A DNA stretch of 64,000 bases from Myxococcota bacterium (lineage in GTDB: Bacteria; Myxococcota_A; Polyangia; Polyangiales; Sandaracinaceae), in NCBI GenBank assembly GCA_036149055.1, contig JAYZQJ010000004.1, positions 32,001-96,000 of the forward strand, given 5' to 3'. A program made the translations under genes and the position numbers. Numbering within the stretch: position 1 is the stretch's first letter; each line of letters opens with the position of its first letter. Below the pieces are notes generated by a model. It saw only the letters and a list, made by a program, of their open reading frames with translations. It was not told the DNA's origin and did no database searches. Positions 18,394-27,809 of this stretch are shown piece by piece.

Positions 18394-19746
18394 ATGAAGA
18401 AGACGACTGCCACTGCCGAGCGCCGGCCGCGCGCTCGCACGGGCCGCAGCACCCGTGACCCCTTCGACCTCTACCTCGCCGGGCTGGGCGAGCTTCAGCC
18501 GCCGCTCGATCGCGCGGGTGAGGTCGCGGCCGCCACGCGCATCGAGGAGGCCGAGCGCGACTGCCTGGACTGCATCCTCGACAACGGCATCACCCTGCAG
18601 GAGCTCGCCACCTGGCAGCGCCGCTTCGAGGCCGAGGAGATCGACGTCCTCGGGGTCGCGCACCTGGGCCGCTACGAGGGGCCCGAGGGTCGCGAGGAGC
18701 TGAGCAAGAACCTCGAGAAGGCCGCCAAGATCGAGGCCCGCCTCGAGAAGATGTCGGGCTCCAAGCGGGGCACCGCGGCCGAGCGCCGCGTGCGTCGTGA
18801 CCGCGCCTGGGAGCAGCGGGGCAAGGCGGTCCGCCACCTCGGGCTGCACCGCGAGCGCATCCAGGACGTGGTCGCCCGCGTGCACCGCGAGCTGCGCGCC
18901 TTCGCCGCCGCCGACGGCCGCGAGGACGACCAGGCCATCGAGATCATCCGCCGCGCCGAGGACCGCCTCGGTCGCCGCCGCCCCGTGCTGCGTCGGCTGT
19001 GGCCGGAGCTCGACGCGAAGCGCCGCCGCCTCGAGGCGCGCCGCAACGCGCTCGCCGAGGCGAACCTCCGCCTCGTGGTGATGCTCGCCAAGGCCTACCG
19101 CGGCTCGGGCGTGCCGTTCCCGGACCTCGTCCAGGAGGGCAACCTCGGCCTCATGCGCGCGGTCGACAAGTTCGACCACCGCGTGGGGACTCGCTTCAGC
19201 ACCTACGCCACCTGGTGGATCCGGCAGAGCATCGCCCGCGAGGTGACGCGCCACGCCGAGACCGTCCGCGTGCCGTTCGGCATGACCGAGAAGCGCAAGC
19301 GGCTCCGCCGCGCCGAGCGCCAGCTCACCCAGCGCTTCGGGCGCGCGCCGACCGAGAAGGAGCTCGCCGAGGAGGTGGGCATGACGGTGGACAAGGTCCG
19401 CCGCTCGCTCGAGGCGACCACCCGCTCGGTCTCGATCCACGCCCCGATGGGTGAGGACGGGGACCGCAGCCTCGACGAGGTGCTCTGCGACGACGACGCC
19501 CAGCGCGTCGACGACGCGGTGATCGCCCGCGAGCGCGAGGGGACCGCCGAGCGGATCCTCTCGGTCCTCAGCGAGCGCGAGCAGTTCATCCTGCGCCGCC
19601 GCTTCGGGATGGACGGCAACAACGCCGACGGCCTCACGCTCCGCGAGATCGGCGAGGAGCTCAACCTCAGCCGCGAGCGGGTCCGCCAGCTCGAGGCGAT
19701 GGCCCTCGAGAAGCTCCGCGGCGCGCTGGCCCGCGAAGGCGCGTAA
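18394..19746 (+). CDS. RNA polymerase sigma70-family factor (RpoD/SigA-like, no region 1.1)
   Basis: EANLRLVV, DLVQEGNLGLMRAVDKFD, FSTYATWWIRQSI, TLREIG..LNLSRERVRQLE. Confidence 0.93.
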   Translation: MKKTTATAERRPRARTGRSTRDPFDLYLAGLGELQPPLDRAGEVAAATRIEEAERDCLDCILDNGITLQELATWQRRFEAEEIDVLGVAHLGRYEGPEGREELSKNLEKAAKIEARLEKMSGSKRGTAAERRVRRDRAWEQRGKAVRHLGLHRERIQDVVARVHRELRAFAAADGREDDQAIEIIRRAEDRLGRRRPVLRRLWPELDAKRRRLEARRNALAEANLRLVVMLAKAYRGSGVPFPDLVQEGNLGLMRAVDKFDHRVGTRFSTYATWWIRQSIAREVTRHAETVRVPFGMTEKRKRLRRAERQLTQRFGRAPTEKELAEEVGMTVDKVRRSLEATTRSVSIHAPMGEDGDRSLDEVLCDDDAQRVDDAVIAREREGTAERILSVLSEREQFILRRRFGMDGNNADGLTLREIGEELNLSRERVRQLEAMALEKLRGALAREGA

Positions 19747-19777
19747 CCGCCTACGCTCCCGAAACACCCGTCCGCAC

Positions 19778-19810
19778 CGACACCGCCGCCCCAACGGGTC
19801 GGCGGTGTCG
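19778..19810 (+). terminator. Stem-loop after the sigma factor gene (possible terminator)
   Basis: CGACACCGCCG...CGGCGGTGTCG perfect 11-bp stem; no clear U-tract. Confidence 0.5.
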
Positions 19811-19960
19811 CGCGTTCTACGCACCTGGTCCCCGGCAGGCCGCGAAACGTCCGAGGTATGGGGCTTGCACGCCTGTTCTTGCAGTCCTAACCCGAAACAG
19901 GCGCCGATTTCGTGCCCGCCCGCGATCGGTCCCGTAGATTGACGGCACGGGGGTATTTCG

Positions 19961-20344
19961 ATGACGACCTATCAGACACGAGAGCTGATCGCTTCGCACC
20001 ACGCGGAGCTCGACCGGCTCGCCATCGAGCTCCTCGAGCTCGGCAGTCGCGTGTCCTCGGACGAGCCGGACGTGAAGTCGCTCCGCGAGCGCGTGCGCGC
20101 CCTCGGGGCCCGGCTCCGCGCCCACCGCGCGGAGGAGTCCGCCGCCCTGCTCGCCGACGCCGGACGGGGCCGCGATCGCCTCGCCGCCCGCATGATGCGT
20201 CGCGCCGGCCCGGACGCGGTGGCCGAGATCGAGAAGGCGATCGCGCGCGCCGACGACGGGACTCCGCCGCTCGAGCTGGTGCGCGCCGCCCTCCAGGCCG
20301 CCCGGACCTGTCGCGCGAACCTCGACGCGCTCGCCCGGGACTGA
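19961..20344 (+). CDS. Small helical hypothetical protein (weak hemerythrin-like pattern)
   Basis: All-helical 127 aa; H..., H-x3-E pattern only partly present. Confidence 0.55.
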   Translation: MTTYQTRELIASHHAELDRLAIELLELGSRVSSDEPDVKSLRERVRALGARLRAHRAEESAALLADAGRGRDRLAARMMRRAGPDAVAEIEKAIARADDGTPPLELVRAALQAARTCRANLDALARD

Positions 20345-20352
20345 GTTTTCTT

Positions 20353-20885
20353 GGAGGGTTTGGTGCAAACCCTCCCCCCATTGGGCAAAGCGCCAATGGG
20401 GCCCCCCTCCCGACTCCGTCGGCGCGTCGCGCTTCGCGCTCGCGCCGCGACCCCAGCGACGGGGCGCTGGGGGCCCTGCGGCTCGCGCTCGCGCTGCGCG
20501 CTCGCTGGCCGCCCGCTGCCGCGGGATCGACCACAGGAGGGGGTGGGGCGTCGGCTGACTTCGCTTCGCTCGTCGCCCGCCGGCTTCTCGGGTCAGTCGT
20601 CGCGGAAGCGGGCTTGGCCTCCCCCGGCGCCATTGCTTGCCGCCTCTCGCTGCACCGGCTCCGGACTCCGGGGCCTCGCTCGGCCCCGACCCCAGCGACG
20701 GGGCGCTGGGGGCCCTGCGGCTCGCGCTCGCGCTGCGCGCTCGCTGGCCGCCCGCTGCCGCGGGATCGAACACAGGTGGGGTGGCGCGTGGGGCACTTCG
20801 CTTCGCTCGTCGCCTGCCGTCGTCTCGGGTCAGTGCCGTGGAAGCGGGCGGGGGTGCCTCGGCGCCATTGTTTGCCACAGCTCGA
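20353..20885. repeat. Hairpin-rich intergenic element with a 239-bp-period tandem duplication
   Basis: 83 bp identical at 20448-20530 and 20687-20769 with diverged continuation; preceded by hairpins GGAGGGTTTG-GTG-CAAACCCTCC and CCCCATTGG...CCAATGGGG. Confidence 0.85.
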
Positions 20886-20959
20886 GTCTCCCGCCGGGAT
20901 CGGGCGCGCGTCCGCGTCCGCGGGCAGTGAGGCGCGATTCCGCGCTTACCTCCTGGGGC

Positions 20960-21946
20960 ATGAGAGTGTGCCCCCGATGCGGTTTCTCCGAAGCGTCCAG
21001 CCCGCGGCTGGTCTGCTTGCTCTGCGGCGCGGCGATGGAGGAGGAGCGGGAGCAGTGGGCCGGGACCGTCCTCGAGGACCGCTACCGGCTCGACGATCTC
21101 CTCGGCTCGGGCGGCATGGCCCGGGTGCACCGCGGCCTGGACCTCCAGTCGGGGCGGGTGGTCGCGATCAAGGTGCTCCGCCGCGAGCTGACCTACGACG
21201 CGACCTGGATCGAGCGCATGCGGCGCGAGGCCCGGGCGGCGGCCGCGTCGCGGCACCCGAACATCGTCGAGATCTTCGCCTTCGGTCAGACCCCCGACGG
21301 CGCGCCCTACATCGTGATGGAGCTGCTCGACGGAAAGCCGCTCCACCGCATCCTGGCCGAGTGCGGTCGGGTGCCGTGCGCCATCGCGACCCCGATCGCC
21401 GCGCAGATCGCCGAGGCGCTCGCCTGCACCCACCGGCTGGGCATCGCCCACCGCGACCTCAAGCCCGAGAACGTCTTCGTCCGGTGGGACCAGCACGGGG
21501 CGCCGCACGTGACCCTCGTCGACTTCGGGCTCTCGCGCATCCCCGAGGACACCCGGCTCACCGAGCCCGGCCAGGTCGTCGGCACCCCGCAGTACATGGC
21601 GCCCGAGCGCGCCTGGCACTTCGAGGCCGGCACCGCCGCCGACCTCTACTCCCTCGGCGTGGTGCTCTTCGAGATGGTCACCGGCCAGCTCCCGCTCCCG
21701 GCCGGCAGCCCCGCCGCGGTGGTGATGCGAGCGATGCACGAGGAGGCGCCCCACGCCCGCACGCTCCGGGCCGACATCCCGGCCGAGCTCGACCTGCTCA
21801 TCTCCCGCCTGCTCGAGCGGAACCCCGAGGATCGGCCGCCGACCGCCTCCGAGGTGGCCACCCGCCTCTGGAACATCGCCCGCCGCGAGCAGCTCATCGA
21901 GGCCGACAAAAACCAGGTCATTGCTCAAAAGACGGTTGACAGGTAA
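20960..21946 (+). CDS. Ser/Thr protein kinase with N-terminal zinc ribbon
   Basis: CPRC...CLLC; LGSGGMARV, VAIK, HRDLKPEN, DFG, GTPQYMAPE. Confidence 0.92.
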   Translation: MRVCPRCGFSEASSPRLVCLLCGAAMEEEREQWAGTVLEDRYRLDDLLGSGGMARVHRGLDLQSGRVVAIKVLRRELTYDATWIERMRREARAAAASRHPNIVEIFAFGQTPDGAPYIVMELLDGKPLHRILAECGRVPCAIATPIAAQIAEALACTHRLGIAHRDLKPENVFVRWDQHGAPHVTLVDFGLSRIPEDTRLTEPGQVVGTPQYMAPERAWHFEAGTAADLYSLGVVLFEMVTGQLPLPAGSPAAVVMRAMHEEAPHARTLRADIPAELDLLISRLLERNPEDRPPTASEVATRLWNIARREQLIEADKNQVIAQKTVDR

Positions 21947-21963
21947 TAAGTCCGATGTAAAAG
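21936..21963 (+). promoter_or_regulatory. Putative sigma70 promoter for the GntR operon
   Basis: Perfect TTGACA, then 16 nt, then TAAAAG in an AT-rich patch just before GTG 21971. Confidence 0.5.
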
Positions 21964-21970
21964 AAGCCCG

Positions 21971-22711
21971 GTGGCGGAGGGACGAAAGGCGGACCGGGTC
22001 GCGGACGATCTGCTGCGCAGCATCGTTCGCGGTGAGGTCGAGGTCGGCTCGCTCCTGCCCAAGGAGGCGGAGCTCGCCGAGCGCTACGGGGTGAACCGCT
22101 CGGTCGTCCGTGAGGCGATCAAGCTGCTCGAGGTCCACCGCCTCGTGCGCCCGATCCGGCGGCGCGGCACCGAGGTGCTCGATCCGATGCGGTCGGTCAG
22201 CCCCGAGGTGCTGCGGGCGATGATGACCCCGGCCTCGGGCCGGGTGGACCGCGAGGTCTTCCGCGACTTCCTCGAGATCCGGGCGTCGCTCGACGTGCAG
22301 ATGAGCACCCTGGCCGCGGCGCGGCGCACCGACGAGGACGTGGCGATCCTCGAGGGCCACCTCGCCCGGCTGAAGGACGCGCTGCACGACCGGGCTCGCT
22401 ACGACGTGTGCTCGGAGGCGCTGACCCGCGCGGTGGCCCGGGCGACCCACAACCGCATCTTCGAGATGCTGGTGTGGTGGAACCAGGAGGTCGCGCGCGA
22501 CCTCGGCGACATCTTCAGGACGGTGCGGCCGGCCAACGAGCCGCACCTCGCGGGGCTCTCGCTCCTCGTCGGGCTCATCCGGGACGGCGAGGTGGAGCAG
22601 GTGCGCACGCTCGTGGAGGCCTTCCACGACTGGGCCACCCCGAGGCTCCTGGCGGCCGCGGCGCTGTCCACCGGCGCGCCGCTCAGCGCAGTGATGGAGG
22701 GGATCACGTGA
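21971..22711 (+). CDS. GntR/FadR family transcriptional regulator
   Basis: LLPKEAELAERYGVNRSVVREAIKLL HTH; FCD-like C-terminus (LEIR, ATHNRIF). Confidence 0.9.
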   Translation: MAEGRKADRVADDLLRSIVRGEVEVGSLLPKEAELAERYGVNRSVVREAIKLLEVHRLVRPIRRRGTEVLDPMRSVSPEVLRAMMTPASGRVDREVFRDFLEIRASLDVQMSTLAAARRTDEDVAILEGHLARLKDALHDRARYDVCSEALTRAVARATHNRIFEMLVWWNQEVARDLGDIFRTVRPANEPHLAGLSLLVGLIRDGEVEQVRTLVEAFHDWATPRLLAAAALSTGAPLSAVMEGIT

Positions 22712-24435
22712 TGCAGACGGAATCGGTCGAGCGAAGAGGCGAGGCGCCGCTCCGGCGCGCGGGCAAGGGGAGCCACCGCCGGGTGGGCGACGTGCACGTG
22801 CTGTCGCTGGCGGGGAGCGACCACGAGATGGGGCGCCAGCACGGCGAGCTGCTCGCGGACGAGATCCGGCGCGGGCCGATCCCGTACTACCGCCGCATCG
22901 TCGAGAAGCTCATGGGCAAGGGCAGCCTCGGGCCGGCGTCCAAGCTCGTCTGGCCGGCGCTGCAGACGACGCTCGGGCGACGCATCGCGAAGAACCTCCC
23001 GCCGCACGTGCGCGAGACGATCCGCGGCGTCGCCGAGGGCGCCGGACTCGACGTCCAGGCCTTCGTCGACGGCTGCACGATGCCCGACGCGATGATGTGG
23101 GTCGCCGCCCGCGCGATGCAGCTCAAGGGGCACGGTCCCGCGGTCGCGCACCGCGTCGCGCTCGGGCTCGGGTGCACCAGCGCGGTCGCCTGGGGCGACG
23201 CCACGGTCGACGGCAAGCTGCTGCACGCTCGCAACTTCGATTACCACGGCGTGGGCTGCTGGCCCTCGAACAAGGCCGTCCTCTTCCACGCGCCCGATCG
23301 CGGCCAGCGCTTCGTGTCGGTGGCGTCGGCCGGCGTCGCGCTCGGCGGCATCACCGCGATGAACGAGGCGGGGCTCACCCTCACCGTGCATCAGCACATG
23401 TTCACCGACCGCACCAAGCTCGGCGGCACGCCGATCGGGATCGTCGGCGACGAGGTGATGCGCGAGGCCCGCGATCTCGACGAGGCGGAGCGCATCCTCG
23501 GCCGGCACGTGCCGGTGGGCTGCTGGACCTACGTGGTGACCGACGGGAACGCGCGCGAGGTCCTCTGCTGGGAGGAGAACCCGGAGCGGCGCCGCGCCTT
23601 CCGGTTCCGCGAGGAGAGCACCTTCGGCTACGCCAACGTCTACCTCGACGAGGCGCTCGGTCGGAGCGAGGTGAACCTCTACGGCAGCTACTGGCGTCAC
23701 AACCAGGGGCGCCACGCGCGGGTGAACGCGCTCCTCGCCGAGCGCCGCGGGGCGCTCGATCCGCAGGGCATGGCCTCCATCCTCGCCGACACCGGCACCG
23801 GCGGCTGCCGCATCCGCGACTCGATCGCGATGGTGATGACCGTCGGCTCGGTGGTCTTCCGGCCCGAGGACGGGGCGCTCTGGGTCGGCACCGGCGAGGC
23901 GCCGACGAGCCGGGGGACCTTCGTGCCCTTCTCCCTCGCCGAGGGCGGCCACGATCCGTCCAAGGGCGAGCTGACGACCGGCGCGATCGAGGACGAGGGT
24001 GAGCGCGAGGCCTTCGAGCGCTTCCGCCAGAGCTACGTCGCCTACGTCGACGACGGCGACGTGTCGCGCGCCCACGCGCTGCTCCAGGAGGCCTGCGCGC
24101 TCGCGCCCTCCGAGCCGCTCTACCGCTCGCTCCGCGGCCTCTTCGCGCTCGAGCGGGGCGCGCTCGACGACGCCGAGGAGGCGTTCACCGAGGCGATCGA
24201 GCTCGGGCACGTCGACCCGGAGCGCCGCGCGAGCTTCCACCTGTGGCGCGGCCGCGCCCGGGACGCTGCGGGGGCGCGCGACGCCGCGGTCGAGGACTAT
24301 CGCTGGGCGCTCGGCTTCGTGGCCGATCCGCCGGTGCGCGCCGCGGCGCTGCGGGGCATGCGCCGCCCGTTCACCAGGAAACAGGCGCAGAGGATTCACG
24401 TGGACGTCGGGTTGGCCGACGTCGTCTCGCCGTGA
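22711..24435 (+). CDS. C45-family Ntn hydrolase (acyltransferase/acid-ceramidase-like) with C-terminal TPR
   Basis: MGRQHG, G|CTS autoproteolytic nucleophile, HARNFDY, TAMNEAGL; TPR-like tail. Confidence 0.82.
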   Translation: MQTESVERRGEAPLRRAGKGSHRRVGDVHVLSLAGSDHEMGRQHGELLADEIRRGPIPYYRRIVEKLMGKGSLGPASKLVWPALQTTLGRRIAKNLPPHVRETIRGVAEGAGLDVQAFVDGCTMPDAMMWVAARAMQLKGHGPAVAHRVALGLGCTSAVAWGDATVDGKLLHARNFDYHGVGCWPSNKAVLFHAPDRGQRFVSVASAGVALGGITAMNEAGLTLTVHQHMFTDRTKLGGTPIGIVGDEVMREARDLDEAERILGRHVPVGCWTYVVTDGNAREVLCWEENPERRRAFRFREESTFGYANVYLDEALGRSEVNLYGSYWRHNQGRHARVNALLAERRGALDPQGMASILADTGTGGCRIRDSIAMVMTVGSVVFRPEDGALWVGTGEAPTSRGTFVPFSLAEGGHDPSKGELTTGAIEDEGEREAFERFRQSYVAYVDDGDVSRAHALLQEACALAPSEPLYRSLRGLFALERGALDDAEEAFTEAIELGHVDPERRASFHLWRGRARDAAGARDAAVEDYRWALGFVADPPVRAAALRGMRRPFTRKQAQRIHVDVGLADVVSP

Positions 24436-24455
24436 GCGAGGGTAGGGGAGCGACG

Positions 24456-25886
24456 ATGAAGATTCCCGAGAAGGGCATGAGCCGAGACGAGGTGATGGCC
24501 GCGATGTCGCGCTACGCCGAGAAGGACACCGACTGGAGGAGCGGTCGGACCTTCGGCTACAGCTACGACGCCGGCCGCGACGCGGAGAAGGTGACGAAGG
24601 AGGCCTACGGGCGCTTCCTCTCGGAGAACGCGCTCGACCCGCGCGTCTACCCGAGCCTCGTGAAGTTCGAGACCGAGGTGGTCGGCATCTGCCGCACCCA
24701 CCTCCGCGGCGACGACGAGGTCGTCGGCACCTTCACCAGCGGCGGCACCGAGAGCTGCATGCTCGCGGTGAAGACCGCGCGCGACTGGGCCAAGGCGGAG
24801 AAGGGCGTCACCGCGCCCGAGATGATCCTGCCGATCACCGCCCACGCCGCGTTCCACAAGGGCGCGAGCTACTTCGGCGTGAAGGTGGTGCCGGTCGACG
24901 TCGACCCGCAGACCTTCGAGGCCGATCCGGCGGCGGTGAAGGCGGCGGTGAACGAGAACACCGTGCTCATCGTCGGGAGCGCGCCGAGCTACGCGCACGG
25001 CGTCATCGATCCCATCGTCGAGATGGGGAAGATCGCGCTAGAGCACGATGTGTTGCTCCACGTCGACGCCTGCATCGGCGGCTTCATGCTGCCGTACGTG
25101 AAGCGGCTGGGGCGTGAGCTGCCGGACTGGGACTTCGCGGTCCCGGGCGTGACGAGCATCAGCATGGACCTCCACAAGTACGCGTACTGCGCGAAGGGGG
25201 CCTCGGTGCTGATGATGAAGAACAAGGAGCTGCGTCAGCACCAGATCTTCGCGTGCGCCGCGTGGACCGGGTACAGCGTCGTGAACACCACGATGCAGAG
25301 CACCAAGAGCGGCGGCCCGATGGCCGCGGCCTGGGCGACGCTCCACCACATCGGCGACGCGGGCTACCTCGAGCTGACCCGCCGCGCGATGGACGCGACC
25401 GATCGCATCGCGGCCGGCGTGGAGTCCATCCCGGAGCTCCGCATGCTCGGGACCCCGGTGATGACCCTGCTCGCCTTCGCGAGCGACGAGGTGGACGTCT
25501 TCCACGTCGCCGACGAGATGAAGCTCCGCGGCTGGCTGATCGGCGCGCAGCTGGAGTACGGGCCGAGCCCGACCAACCTGCACCTCACCGTGGGCCCCAC
25601 CAACGACGAGAAGGCCGACGCGTTCGTGGCCGACCTCCGCGCGTCGGTGGAGGCGGCGAAGGCGCTCCCGAAGAGCGACCTGCCGGCCCAGATCCAGGCG
25701 GCGTTCGCGAACATGTCGCCCGAGGACATCTCGCCCGAGACGCTGAAGCAGATGCTCGCCATGGCCGGCGCGAGCGGCACGGAGCTGCCCGAGCGCGAGT
25801 CCGAGATCAACCACGTGCTCGACGCGCTCCCGCGCGCGCTGAACGAGAAGCTCCTCGTCGGCTACCTCAACGAGCTCTTCGCGTAG
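24456..25886 (+). CDS. PLP-dependent enzyme, sphingosine-1-phosphate lyase-like (group II decarboxylase fold)
   Basis: TSGGTES, AHAAFHK, SAPSYAHGVIDP, HVDACIGGF, SISMDLHKY (PLP Lys). Confidence 0.85.
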   Translation: MKIPEKGMSRDEVMAAMSRYAEKDTDWRSGRTFGYSYDAGRDAEKVTKEAYGRFLSENALDPRVYPSLVKFETEVVGICRTHLRGDDEVVGTFTSGGTESCMLAVKTARDWAKAEKGVTAPEMILPITAHAAFHKGASYFGVKVVPVDVDPQTFEADPAAVKAAVNENTVLIVGSAPSYAHGVIDPIVEMGKIALEHDVLLHVDACIGGFMLPYVKRLGRELPDWDFAVPGVTSISMDLHKYAYCAKGASVLMMKNKELRQHQIFACAAWTGYSVVNTTMQSTKSGGPMAAAWATLHHIGDAGYLELTRRAMDATDRIAAGVESIPELRMLGTPVMTLLAFASDEVDVFHVADEMKLRGWLIGAQLEYGPSPTNLHLTVGPTNDEKADAFVADLRASVEAAKALPKSDLPAQIQAAFANMSPEDISPETLKQMLAMAGASGTELPERESEINHVLDALPRALNEKLLVGYLNELFA

Positions 25887-25922
25887 CGGGGAACTTCGGC
25901 GCCGGCCCCGTGTCGCAGCCGC

Positions 25923-26570
25923 ATGCGACGAAGCCTGCTGGTGCTCGCGCTCGGCCTCGCTCCCTCCCTGACGTTCGCGCCGGGGGGAGCGGCCGCGTGC
26001 TTCAACGAGATGGAGATCGAGCTCCGTGAGGAGTCGATCAAGACGCTGCGCGCCGAGCGCGCCCTCCGGAGCGGGCACCTGCGCCGGGCGTTTCGGCTGG
26101 CCGGGCGCACGCTCCGGGACCTCGAGCGGAACCCGGACGCGTCTCCGGGGCGCGTGCAGCACCTCGGCGCGCGGCTCCGGCGGGTCGTGGCGGTGAGCAC
26201 GGTGCGGCTCGGCGGCGCGGTGGATCGGCGGCGCTGGCGCACGCCGGGTCACGTGGAGGAGGCGGACCGGGCCGCGAGCCTCGAGTGGGCGGCGTCGACG
26301 CTGCGGGAGCTCGCCCGCAGCCGCGAGCCGATCGACGAGGCGCGCTACGCCGAGGCGCTCGTCCGGCTCGGTCGGCACGCGGAGGCGGCGCGCATCCTGA
26401 GCCGGCTCGCCGAGGACGACGTGATGCCCGACGCCTACGGCTACGCGGCGCTCGCCACCGCCCAGGACGCGCTCGGGCGTGACGGCGACCGCGACCGGGC
26501 CGGCCAGGCGTGCCGCGCGATGACCCGCCGGGAGCAGCGCGGGATTTGCCCGTCCTTCGGCGAGAGCTGA
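25923..26570 (+). CDS. Exported hypothetical protein with TPR-like C-terminus
   Basis: Signal peptide; ARYAEALVRLGRHAEA helical repeat. Confidence 0.65.
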   Translation: MRRSLLVLALGLAPSLTFAPGGAAACFNEMEIELREESIKTLRAERALRSGHLRRAFRLAGRTLRDLERNPDASPGRVQHLGARLRRVVAVSTVRLGGAVDRRRWRTPGHVEEADRAASLEWAASTLRELARSREPIDEARYAEALVRLGRHAEAARILSRLAEDDVMPDAYGYAALATAQDALGRDGDRDRAGQACRAMTRREQRGICPSFGES

Positions 26571-27757
26571 TCGCGCTGCTGCTGCTGGCCTGCGAGGCGA
26601 GCGCGGCCCCCGCGGCCCCGGCGCCGCCCGCGGCTCCGCCCCCCGCTCCGTCCTTCGGAGACGCGGCGCGGGGGCGGGCGCTGCTCGAGCGCTTCGAGTG
26701 CCATCGCTGCCACGAGGGCACCGGGCTGGCCGAGCCGCCGCCGGAGCGCCGCTGCGTGGGGTGCCATCGCGACGTGGCCGCCGGGCGGGTCGAGGCGCCT
26801 CCCGAGGTGCTCGCCGGCTGGCGCGCGCATCTGCACAGCCTCCCGGACGCCCCGCACCTGGGGGGCGCCGCGCGCTTCGATCCCGCCTGGATCGCCGCCT
26901 ATCTCCAGCGCCCCGTCGATCTGCGCCCGCACCTGGAGGCGACGATGCCGCGCCTCGCGCTCGACGAGGTCGACGCCCGCGATCTGGCCGCCGCGCTCGC
27001 GCCGCCCCGCGCCCCGGTCGAGGCGGCCGGCGATCCGGCGCGCGGCCGGGCGCTGGTCGAGGCGCGCCCGTGCGGCCGATGTCACTCCGTCGGCGGCGCC
27101 CCGCTCGCGAGCCGCGGCGACCCGGGGCTGGACGGGCCGGCGTTCGCGCGCGCCCACCGGCTGGCGCCCGATCTCGCGTTCGCCGCGGCCCGGATGCCGG
27201 CGACGCTGATCGACTGGTTGACGGATCCGGCGGCCGTGCACGCCGAGACCGAGATGCCGCCGACCGGGCTCGACCGCGCCGAGGCCGCGCACGTGGCCGC
27301 GTGGCTCGCGACGGTGTCCCGTCCACCGCCGCCTCCGCCGCTGCCCGCTCGGCTGCCGCCCCTCGAGCGTGAGGTCGGCTGGGAGGAGCTGGACCGGGCG
27401 CTCTTCCACGACACCTGCTGGCACTGTCACTCCGACCCGGGCTACGCGATCGGCGACGGCGGGCCGGGCAACACCGGTGGCCTCGGCTTCGAGGGCCGGG
27501 GCCTCGACCTCGCGAGCTACGAGGCGCTGCGGAGCGGCTCGGTGCACGAGGGCCGCCGCCGCAGCGTGTTCCGCGAGGTCACCCTGGCCAACGGCGAGAC
27601 GCTCCCGTGGGTCGTCGCCACCCTGCGGGCCCGGCAGCTCGAGGAGGCGGGGCGCGATCCCGGAGACGTACGCGGCATGCCGCTCGGGCTGCCCGCCGTC
27701 TCGCCCGAGACCCTGCAGCTCCTCGAGACCTGGATCGCCCAGGGCCGGCGTCGCTGA
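26510..27757 (+). CDS. Multihaem (4 x CxxCH) c-type cytochrome lipoprotein
   Basis: LLLLAC lipobox; CHRCH, CVGCH, CGRCH, CWHCH; MP motifs after the haem sites; true start may be TTG 26546. Confidence 0.8.
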   Translation: MPRDDPPGAARDLPVLRRELIALLLLACEASAAPAAPAPPAAPPPAPSFGDAARGRALLERFECHRCHEGTGLAEPPPERRCVGCHRDVAAGRVEAPPEVLAGWRAHLHSLPDAPHLGGAARFDPAWIAAYLQRPVDLRPHLEATMPRLALDEVDARDLAAALAPPRAPVEAAGDPARGRALVEARPCGRCHSVGGAPLASRGDPGLDGPAFARAHRLAPDLAFAAARMPATLIDWLTDPAAVHAETEMPPTGLDRAEAAHVAAWLATVSRPPPPPPLPARLPPLEREVGWEELDRALFHDTCWHCHSDPGYAIGDGGPGNTGGLGFEGRGLDLASYEALRSGSVHEGRRRSVFREVTLANGETLPWVVATLRARQLEEAGRDPGDVRGMPLGLPAVSPETLQLLETWIAQGRRR

Positions 27758-27809
27758 AGCACTCTTTCGGCGGTGGGCCGCGGGCGTGTACGATGTCGCC
27801 TCCCCCTCG

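Noticed and set aside
19941..19960. sigma54 promoter before the 19961 gene (CGGCACG...)
   Set aside because: No GC at the -12 position.
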